Of a stretch of DNA of 64,000 nt, positions 57,219 through 64,000 are shown one piece after another. Source of the stretch: Halorutilales archaeon Cl-col2-1 (lineage in GTDB: Archaea > Halobacteriota > Halobacteria > Halobacteriales > Afararchaeaceae); assembly GCA_041891055.1 (NCBI GenBank), contig CP169074.1:640001-704000 (forward strand), read 5' to 3'. A program made the position numbers and the translations under genes. Numbering within the stretch: position 1 is the first letter of the stretch; every line of letters begins with the position of its first letter. Below the pieces are notes generated by a model. That model saw only the letters and a program-made list of their open reading frames with translations, ran no database searches and was not told where the DNA came from.

Positions 57219-57512
57219 CTACTCGACGCCTCCGTAGGCTTCGAGGGCGGTCTCGGCGACTGTCTCGGCTGTTATCCCTACCATCTCTATGTTTTCGTCG
57301 TCGATACGTTGCCTCAGACGCGTCTCTATCCTGTCTCCATCTTCGGTAGAGATAGAGTTCTCGACCTGGCTTTCGACTGTCCCGATCCCCGACTCGGGAT
57401 AGACGAAGAAGTCACCGACTATCTCGACACTGACGCCTTCTTCGGTCTCCGTAACCCTGACTTTCACGAACTTCCCGCCGTCGACCTTCTTCGAGGCTTC
57501 CGAGACTGACAT
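57219..57512 (-). CDS. Lipoate-protein ligase C-terminal (LplB-like) domain protein
   Basis: KVDGGK.VKV and I.GDFF.YPE motifs; immediately upstream of the ligase gene. Confidence 0.78.
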   Translation of the reverse strand: MSVSEASKKVDGGKFVKVRVTETEEGVSVEIVGDFFVYPESGIGTVESQVENSISTEDGDRIETRLRQRIDDENIEMVGITAETVAETALEAYGGVE

Positions 57513-57543
57513 GGATCGCTCTACGCCACCGAATGACAAAAGT

Positions 57544-57948
57544 TCACTCCCGAAGACGTTGTTGTGACCGCGACTCGGGTTTCTCACGTGTGAGGGTCTC
57601 GATAACTGACTCGACGAACTCCACGAAGCTTGCGAACTCTTCCTCGCCGACGTCGCCGTCTTCGAGTCTGAGTTCGAGGTCTTCCGAGACCTCTCCCAGG
57701 TCGAACCCGTCGGATAGTTCGTATCCCGACTCCGTCTCGTCTATCCATCCTCTGTGAATCAGCGTCAGACCGAGATGGACACCGACGTTCTCGTAACGTC
57801 TCGGGAGTTCGGACTCCTCGACCGCCTTCTGTACGGTCTCGACATCGTAGACTGTGTTCGAGATATTCGTACAGACTCCCTCGAAGACGATACCGTTGTA
57901 TGAGTTGGCTGTCACTGGTCTGAGGTAGGTTAGTTCTCGGGTACCCAT
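57544..57948 (-). CDS. Hypothetical protein (possible winged-helix)
   Basis: Acidic 134-aa ORF with a LIHRGWIDETESGYEL wing-like segment. Confidence 0.55.
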   Translation of the reverse strand: MGTRELTYLRPVTANSYNGIVFEGVCTNISNTVYDVETVQKAVEESELPRRYENVGVHLGLTLIHRGWIDETESGYELSDGFDLGEVSEDLELRLEDGDVGEEEFASFVEFVESVIETLTREKPESRSQQRLRE

Positions 57949-58005
57949 ATCAGTAACGACTAACCGGAGAAAACGAGTTAAGCCCTCGACACGTAACTAC
58001 CGACT

Positions 58006-58311
58006 ATGAGATCCGAATCCCAAGAGAGACGTCTGGCCGAGAGTATCAGAGACGGGATCGAGTTCACGACCCCCGAGGACGAGCGCGTCGAGAAGGTCGA
58101 GAAAGCCGAGACACTCCACGACTTCTGCCTCGGACGTGAAGATAAGAACTGTCTCGCGGGATTCGTCGACCATCTTCTCGAAGAGGGTCAGGAAGACGTA
58201 GTCTATGACATTCTCGTACGGCTAGAGGAGATACGTGAGGAGGCAGAAGACGACGAGGCTGAGAAGACGCGCGACGAGATCGAGTACATCGTCGAGAGTC
58301 TCCCGTCCTGA
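58006..58311 (+). CDS. Hypothetical helical acidic protein
   Basis: 101-aa acidic ORF with host-like codons, upstream of and co-directional with the methyltransferase. Confidence 0.6.
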   Translation: MRSESQERRLAESIRDGIEFTTPEDERVEKVEKAETLHDFCLGREDKNCLAGFVDHLLEEGQEDVVYDILVRLEEIREEAEDDEAEKTRDEIEYIVESLPS

Positions 58312-58317
58312 CCTGAG

Positions 58318-58959
58318 ATGCCTAAGACAGATCCCTTCGACGAACACACCCAACGTTACGACGACTGGTTCGAGAGACATCCCCACGCTTACGCCGCAGA
58401 GGTCGAGGCAGTCCGCCGTTTCCTGCCTGACGATGTCGATCCCGACAGGGCACTCGAAGTCGGTGTCGGAACGGGCAGGTTCGCCGACTCTCTCGGCATG
58501 GGTCTCGGACTCGATCCTTCGAGGAGTATGCTCTCAGTCGCGCGTTCGAGAGGTATTGAGTCAGTCTTAGGGGTTGCCGAGAACCTACCCTTCCGGAGTT
58601 CGAGCCTCGACGTCTGTCTCATAGTGACGACGGTCTGTTTTGTCGACAGCATTCCCGAGACGTTAGAAGAGACGAGACGTGTTCTGAGAGACGGCGGTGC
58701 TGTCGTCCTCGGATACATCGACCGTGAGAGTCCTCTCGGAGGGAAATACGAGGAGAAGAAGGACGAAAATCCGTTCTACGCCGACGCCGACTTCGTGTCG
58801 ACGCGCGAAATCGTCTCACAGCTTGAGGACGCTGGCTTCGGCGAGTTCGACTTCGCACAGACGCTCTTCAACGGTCTCGGCGAGATAGATGAAGACGAGA
58901 CTGTCGAAGAAGGATACGGCGACGCGTCTTTCGTGGCTCTCAGAGGAGTAGCCGACTAG
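58318..58959 (+). CDS. Class I SAM-dependent methyltransferase
   Basis: YDDWF, LEVGVGTGRF, GVAENLPF and TTVCFVD motifs. Confidence 0.87.
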   Translation: MPKTDPFDEHTQRYDDWFERHPHAYAAEVEAVRRFLPDDVDPDRALEVGVGTGRFADSLGMGLGLDPSRSMLSVARSRGIESVLGVAENLPFRSSSLDVCLIVTTVCFVDSIPETLEETRRVLRDGGAVVLGYIDRESPLGGKYEEKKDENPFYADADFVSTREIVSQLEDAGFGEFDFAQTLFNGLGEIDEDETVEEGYGDASFVALRGVAD

Positions 58960-59336
58960 TTCTCTAGTTCAGACAGGAGTTTTATCAGTCCTTCAGGCGA
59001 GACGCCTATCTTGTTCGCCCAGTTCTCGACGGCTACGTCACCGGGGCTGAGATCCTCGACGTTTCCGTCCCCGACCAGGACAGCGTAAGCCTGCCTGACC
59101 TCGTGATCTTTCTCGGAGACGTCGGATGTCGAGGTCGAGTTAGTCCCAGACTCAGAGGCTTTCTCCGACAGTCCGTACAGCCCACCCCCGAAATTCGTGA
59201 CGTCGCCGGACTCTTCAAGCCGGTCAAGAGCGTCTCTGACCTCTTCCTCAGACAGACCTAGGTCTCGGGACAGGTTCGAGACGACGTTCCGTCCCTCACG
59301 GAGCTTCGAAAGAATCTTTCTCGAAGCTTCGTCCAT
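58956..59336 (-). CDS. Hypothetical protein with N-terminal wHTH
   Basis: ILSKLREGR....LSRDLGLS..EV..AL.RL...G.V...GGGLY.L pattern. Confidence 0.6.
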   Translation of the reverse strand: MDEASRKILSKLREGRNVVSNLSRDLGLSEEEVRDALDRLEESGDVTNFGGGLYGLSEKASESGTNSTSTSDVSEKDHEVRQAYAVLVGDGNVEDLSPGDVAVENWANKIGVSPEGLIKLLSELEN

Positions 59337-59349
59337 GAAAACAGAAAGT

Positions 59350-59913
59350 CTACTCCAGAATCGGCTCGAAGTCGCTTATCTCGTCGAGACTGTCCTGTAT
59401 ACGGCGTAGCTTCCGTCTTATCTCCCTCATCTTCTCCTCCGTGATCTCCTCGGTCTCGAAGAGTGTCTCCTCTATCTGACTGTTGAGACTCGTTATCTCC
59501 TCAAGCTCGGGCTCGAGGTCGTCGAGCCTGTCAAGGACGTTCTCTACCGACTCCCTGAAGTCCTCCTCCGACGAGACGAGAGCCATCTTCCTCACCGAGT
59601 CAGAGTGACCTTCTACTATCTCCTTTATCTCGTCTACGATGTCTGACGAAGCACCGTTATATATAAAGACCTCACCGCCCTTCTCGGAGACCCCCTCCTC
59701 CATAAGTACCTCAAAGAGACGTTCGTGCGACTCCTGGTCGTAGCCGCTTACAGTGTACTTACCCCGAGTCCACGCACGGTTGAGTGGACGGACTATCTCA
59801 ACCTCGACGTCTTCGAGACCCGCGAGGCTTTCGAGATCAGACCTCATCTCCTCGTACCCCTCCGACGGGTTGTTGTACCCCTCAAACTCAAAACCCTGAG
59901 TTACTTTTGTCAT
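59350..59913 (-). CDS. Hypothetical protein with C-terminal coiled coil
   Basis: Acidic 187-aa ORF with an AT-rich promoter-like region upstream (59920-59960). Confidence 0.6.
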   Translation of the reverse strand: MTKVTQGFEFEGYNNPSEGYEEMRSDLESLAGLEDVEVEIVRPLNRAWTRGKYTVSGYDQESHERLFEVLMEEGVSEKGGEVFIYNGASSDIVDEIKEIVEGHSDSVRKMALVSSEEDFRESVENVLDRLDDLEPELEEITSLNSQIEETLFETEEITEEKMREIRRKLRRIQDSLDEISDFEPILE

Positions 59914-60002
59914 GGATAGTTATGTAAAGCATTAATCAGTTATAAACGAGGAGTAGTTAAAACTTCCCTTTGACGGGGGTATCCCGAGGAGGCGGGGCTG
60001 TC

Positions 60003-61091
60003 CTATACCCCTTCGACGGTGTTCTCGAACACCTGTTCGAAGAAGTCCTCCTCGGTGTCACGTGGACCCGAGTGTGCCTCGGGATGGTACTGTCTCGCGG
60101 TGATCCTGAGGTCGTCGTTCTCTATCGCCTCACTCGTGCCGTCGTTGGCGTTGACCTCGGTGACTTCGAGGTCTTCTAAGGTGTCCTCGTCGACAGCGAA
60201 GCCGTGGTTCTGTGCTGTGATATGTACGACGTTGTCCTCTAAGTCCTTGACAGGCTGGTTCGCACCCCTGTGCCCGAACTTGAGCTTGTAGGTCTCGGCA
60301 CCGAAGGCACGGCTGATAAGCTGGTGTCCGAGACAGACGCCCGAGACGGGGATCTCGCCGACGAATTCGTCTATGGCTTCGACAGCCTCGGAGTAGTTGG
60401 CGGGGTCTCCGGGACCGTTCGAGATGAAGAGCGAGTCGGGATCGACGTCTCTGATATCCGACGGTGAGGCGTCGTAGGGCATAGCCACGACGTCGATGTT
60501 TCTCCGCCGAAGGCTGGTTATTATGTTACTTTTCGCGCCACAGTCGAGGAGTGCGACGGTCGGGTTCTCTTCCCTGCCTCCGAATCCCTCGTAGGTTACG
60601 GGCTCGTCCACGGTGACCTGGGCTCCGAGGTCGAGTTCGGAGATGTCAGGACACGCGTCGGCGAGTTCGAGTGCCTTCTCCTCTGTGGCGTCCTCACCGA
60701 CTACGAGTCCGGCTTTCATCGTTCCGTGTTCACGTGTCTTTATTGTGAGTTCACGTGTGTCGACGCCGCTCATCGCGGGTATCTCCTCTTCCTCAAACCA
60801 GTCGAGTACGTCGCGCGGAGACGTAGAGAACTCACGTGCTATACATGCCTCAGCCTGTATTCCGTCGGACTGGAAGCTCTCGGGGTCGACACCGTAGTTT
60901 CCTATGAGGGGGTACGTGAACATCAGCATCTGGAAGGTGTACGATGGGTCGGTGAGCGACTCCTCGTACCCCGTGTACTGAGTCGTGAAGACGAGCTCTC
61001 CCTGTACCTCGCCCGGAACTCCGTGCCCCTCGCCCTCTACGACTGTTCCGTCCTCTAGGGCGAGATAGGCTTTCATGTCGGTGTCAGTCAT
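60003..61091 (-). CDS. carA: Carbamoyl-phosphate synthase small subunit
   Basis: LALEDG, GYEESLTDPSY, SNGPGDP, GVCLGHQ, FGHRGANQP and QYHPEA motifs. Confidence 0.95.
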   Translation of the reverse strand: MTDTDMKAYLALEDGTVVEGEGHGVPGEVQGELVFTTQYTGYEESLTDPSYTFQMLMFTYPLIGNYGVDPESFQSDGIQAEACIAREFSTSPRDVLDWFEEEEIPAMSGVDTRELTIKTREHGTMKAGLVVGEDATEEKALELADACPDISELDLGAQVTVDEPVTYEGFGGREENPTVALLDCGAKSNIITSLRRRNIDVVAMPYDASPSDIRDVDPDSLFISNGPGDPANYSEAVEAIDEFVGEIPVSGVCLGHQLISRAFGAETYKLKFGHRGANQPVKDLEDNVVHITAQNHGFAVDEDTLEDLEVTEVNANDGTSEAIENDDLRITARQYHPEAHSGPRDTEEDFFEQVFENTVEGV

Positions 61092-61193
61092 CGGTTCAAG
61101 TTCGGGTCATTAACCAAAAAGGGTTCTGCTTCTTGGTCTCGACAGTCGAGTCTGCAAAACCCTTATCGATCTGCGTCGTGAATACCCTGGGCT

Positions 61194-61574
61194 ATGAAGA
61201 AAGCACTCCGAACCGGTGTTTCAGTTATAGTCGGAATCGGCGTCTTCGTCGTCGTAGGCGCTGGGGTCACAGAGTTACTCTCACAACGTATTTGGCTCTC
61301 GGCTATCGTGGGTCTACCGCTGGGAATAATCGCGGGTGTATTCTCGGGGGTCGTCGCCTACGGTCTTCTGAAGTACAGGGAGACCGGGTCTAGAGACACG
61401 CTCGTAAACACCGAGAGCTTTGTAGCGGGAGTTCTGGGATTCGTGGCTGTCGGCGGTGCCGCGGTAGGTGTCTCAGGTATGCCGATGGTATCCGCGATGG
61501 TTTTCATCGGAGCACCCATAGGTCTGATCGGAGGAGTACTCGTGGGTTACGTAACTCACAGATACCTGAGTTAG
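61194..61574 (+). CDS. Small four-TM membrane protein
   Basis: Gly-rich hydrophobic helices with an internal repeat (GLPLG / GAPIG). Confidence 0.6.
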   Translation: MKKALRTGVSVIVGIGVFVVVGAGVTELLSQRIWLSAIVGLPLGIIAGVFSGVVAYGLLKYRETGSRDTLVNTESFVAGVLGFVAVGGAAVGVSGMPMVSAMVFIGAPIGLIGGVLVGYVTHRYLS

Positions 61575-61595
61575 ATCAATATAGCGGTATGAGGT

Positions 61596-62132
61596 TTATG
61601 TAGTCTGATCGCGTCCGGTCTGTGCAGTTTCGACGGCACTGACTAAGTCGTCTGGACTCTGTGATCCTATGAAGACCCCACCTCTGTCTTTGAGGTCTAT
61701 ACGTACACCCTGTCTTCCCTTAGTCGTGTACGCCTTGCCCCTCCCGAAGACGCTCCAACGCAGACCCCATCCTCCGTACTCTAACAGGGAGTACTCGTCT
61801 GAGTCGAAGCCGTCAGTCTCGTCGAATCCGAATCTACGGAATGAACGGTGTAGAGGGAAGAGACGGACGTAGACGCCGTCGTCACGCACCTCGGTCGTCA
61901 GACGGATCGAGTAGAGGAATACTCCTGTGAGTACCGAGACTGTGATAAAGACAGCCGCTTCGAAGTCGGTTACAAGGTCTAGGGCGGGGGAAAGGGCTGC
62001 TACTAAGACTCCTGCAAGAACTACGACGAGCCAGAGACGGCTGATATGTTGAACCTCGCGGAAGTAGATCGTCTCTGCTTCTTCGACGTCTACTTCGGTA
62101 ATCGCCTCGGGGCTGTCCGAGTCGGTGTCCAT
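61596..62132 (-). CDS. Membrane protein (DUF6141-like, bPH-type C-terminal domain)
   Basis: FREVQ, two TMs, L.TEV..DGVYVR.FP, YGGWGLR and IGSQ.PD.L motifs. Confidence 0.7.
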   Translation of the reverse strand: MDTDSDSPEAITEVDVEEAETIYFREVQHISRLWLVVVLAGVLVAALSPALDLVTDFEAAVFITVSVLTGVFLYSIRLTTEVRDDGVYVRLFPLHRSFRRFGFDETDGFDSDEYSLLEYGGWGLRWSVFGRGKAYTTKGRQGVRIDLKDRGGVFIGSQSPDDLVSAVETAQTGRDQTT

Positions 62133-62252
62133 GTTGTATCCCACTGTCTCGAACGAGATATATATACTGGAGGAGGTGTGTAAACCACATATAGCTATAC
62201 AGAAAGGCGGTGTCGACGTAACTGTTTTGTCGTCACACATAGAGAGATAGAC

Positions 62253-63053
62253 ATGGTAGAGATATCAGTCTTAGCCGACAACACCGTCTCTGAGCTCGCG
62301 CCGAAGGGACTCAGAGGCGAGTGGGGATTCTCGGCGGCGGTCGGCGACGTCCTCTTCGACACGGGACAGACGGGAGTAGTCCCTGAAAACGCCGATAGGA
62401 TGGGTGTAGAGTTCGACTTCGAGACCGTAGTCCTGAGTCACTCCCACTACGACCACACCGGAGGTCTCGACAAGGCTCTCGGAAGTCTCGAAAACCCGAC
62501 TGTCTACTGCCATCCGTCAGTCTGGAAGCCGCGTTACGTCGACCACGACGGAGAGAGACGTTACATAGGCTTCCCATACAAGAGAGAGAAGATAGAAGAC
62601 GTCGCCGCGATAGTCGAACACACAGAGCCCGTCGAGGTCTCGCCAGGAATTCACGCTTTAGGTGAGATTCCACGCGAGTACCCTGACGCCACGATGGGAA
62701 TGGTAGAAGACGAGTCGGGACTCCACGACGACGACATACTCGACGACCAGGCTCTCGCAGTCGAAGCCGAAGACGGTATAGCCGTCGTACTCGGCTGTGG
62801 GCACTCGGGACTCAGGAACACAGTAGAGTACGCCGAGTCAGTTCTCGATGACGAGGTGCGTTACATAGTAGGAGGCACACATCTCGTGGCATTCGAGGAC
62901 GAGAGAGTACACGAGATAGCCGACTGGCTCGAAGGAAGACTCGACCTCTTCGGAGGCACACACTGCACGGGTGCAGACGCCGAACGAATATTCGCAGAGA
63001 GGTTCCCCGAAGCCTTCGAATCGGTGGGCGTCGGATCAGTCTTAGAAGTCTGA
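62253..63053 (+). CDS. Metallo-beta-lactamase-fold hydrolase (COG1237-like)
   Basis: LFDTGQ, SHSHYDHTGG, GCGHSG, GGTHL and HCTG motifs. Confidence 0.85.
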   Translation: MVEISVLADNTVSELAPKGLRGEWGFSAAVGDVLFDTGQTGVVPENADRMGVEFDFETVVLSHSHYDHTGGLDKALGSLENPTVYCHPSVWKPRYVDHDGERRYIGFPYKREKIEDVAAIVEHTEPVEVSPGIHALGEIPREYPDATMGMVEDESGLHDDDILDDQALAVEAEDGIAVVLGCGHSGLRNTVEYAESVLDDEVRYIVGGTHLVAFEDERVHEIADWLEGRLDLFGGTHCTGADAERIFAERFPEAFESVGVGSVLEV

Positions 63054-63164
63054 AGGACATACCGGTCTTTTTCGTTTTGTGTATGGACGATCCAGCAGTA
63101 CCTATACGTTATAGAGTACTGTCAACTGCAGCTGTATGTGGGTCAGTCTCCGAAAAGCTTTTAG

Positions 63165-63190
63165 TACATACCGACTTTCATCAATATGTA
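63165..63190. promoter_or_regulatory. Putative ArsR operator (imperfect 10-6-10 inverted repeat)
   Basis: TACATACCGA-CTTTCA-TCAATATGTA (8/10 arms), between a TATA-like tract and the first ATG of the operon. Confidence 0.55.
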
Positions 63191-63295
63191 ATGTCCTCAG
63201 TCATATCGAAGATTATCGGTACAATAACCGGCACCGACGACTCGGACGACTGCTGCTGTGGAGTCGAGATAGAAGAAAAGGAGTCGGAGGAGTAG
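63191..63295 (+). CDS. 34-aa acidic peptide with a CCC motif
   Basis: MSSVISKIIGTITGTDDSDDCCCGVEIEEKESEE; ends 6 bp before arsR. Confidence 0.6.
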   Translation: MSSVISKIIGTITGTDDSDDCCCGVEIEEKESEE

Positions 63296-63301
63296 TGTAG
63301 A

Positions 63302-63688
63302 ATGTCGGACTCAGTCCCCGAGTCGACACGTCAGACTCTCGACAGGCTCTACGACGAGCCCGAGAACCGTCTCAAGACTCTCGCCGATCTCACACCTGAC
63401 GACGAGAAAGTCGAGAGGCAGAAGGACGTATTCAAGGCTCTGTCGAACGGTAAGAGGCTACGTGTTCTCGAAGCCCTCAGAGACGGCGAGCTCTGTGCGT
63501 GTGAGCTACAGGTCGTTCTCGACGCTCCCCAGTCAACCGTAGCGAGCCATCTGAGAGAGCTAAAGGAGGCAGGACTCGTAAAGACGCGGAGACAAGGGAA
63601 ATGGACCTACTACAGGATAGGTGACACTGCAGCGCTTCAGCTTCTCGATATCGCCGACGCCCTCTCGGAGTCAGAGGTGGAAGAGTGA
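63302..63688 (+). CDS. arsR: ArsR/SmtB-family repressor
   Basis: FKALS...[22 protein letters not shown] and YY.I motifs. Confidence 0.88.
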   Translation: MSDSVPESTRQTLDRLYDEPENRLKTLADLTPDDEKVERQKDVFKALSNGKRLRVLEALRDGELCACELQVVLDAPQSTVASHLRELKEAGLVKTRRQGKWTYYRIGDTAALQLLDIADALSESEVEE

Positions 63689-64000
63689 TACCGTCGGGAT
63701 ACGAGACGGCTTTAGCCGAGTCGTGGGACTACTTCCTCCATCTCGCGGCGGTACTCATACCCCTTTTCATAGGCGCGTCGTTCCTCGTCGGACTCGTACA
63801 GGAGTACCTGCCTCCTGAGAGAGTCGAGAGCATACTCCGTGAACGCAACCGCGGCTCGGGAAACGTCGCCGCGGCGGGTCTCGGGGCTATCACCCCTTTC
63901 TGTTCTTGTTCGACGGTTCCCGTCCTCGCGGGTCTCCTAGGAGCCGGAGCACCCCTCGGTCTCTCGTTCTCGTTCTTACTCGCGTCACCGATAGTCAACG
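63685..64000 (+). CDS. ArsP/DUF318-family permease, N-terminal part (runs off the window edge)
   Basis: Manual translation from GTG 63685 (GTGA overlap with arsR): ...YLPPERV...[13 protein letters not shown]...FLLASPIVN. Confidence 0.85.
   Translation, partial: MIPSGYETALAESWDYFLHLAAVLIPLFIGASFLVGLVQEYLPPERVESILRERNRGSGNVAAAGLGAITPFCSCSTVPVLAGLLGAGAPLGLSFSFLLASPIVN

Noticed and set aside
59968-59982. TTTGACGGGG(G)TAT resembling the sequence at about 23984 upstream of the tRNA
   Set aside because: Short, imperfect, only two copies, and no shared context.

Overview
A 64-kb chromosomal segment from an extremely halophilic archaeon (class Halobacteria). The proteins are very acidic, and the host genes show heavy ATA-Ile and AGA-Arg codon use; a Halorutilales-like lineage is a guess only. 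Most of it is housekeeping: hisI (partial), an A24 prepilin/prearchaellin peptidase, ribH/ribK/ribB, PolB with two inteins, cofD, PCNA, priL, RPA plus its associated protein, an MCP, uppS, tRNA-Lys(CTT), moaC, proteasome alpha, a 2-oxoacid dehydrogenase operon with lipA/lplA, carA, and the start of an ArsR/permease locus. Six things stand out. (1) Cassettes of short DNA hairpins with C-GAA-G or C-AAA-G loops, spaced about 24-26 bp apart, sit inside both terminal hairpins of an IS1341-type tnpB element and, in frame, inside PolB intein 2. (2) A seven-gene cluster carries four TTAGG-N4-CCTAA (DtxR-family-like) boxes and couples an Fe3+ ABC binding protein and permease to lipid-linked glycosylation enzymes and a probably Tat-exported GMC sugar oxidoreductase. 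(3) The two Gln-terminated PolB inteins share near-identical DNA tracts. (4) The empty YGDTDS intein site is encoded entirely by A/T-ending codons. (5) The MCP signalling domain contains a sharply bounded codon-usage anomaly of about 1 kb. (6) The tnpB element splits a PsiE-like gene whose halves rejoin in frame. All calls come from reading the sequence and recognising motifs; no database searches were run.
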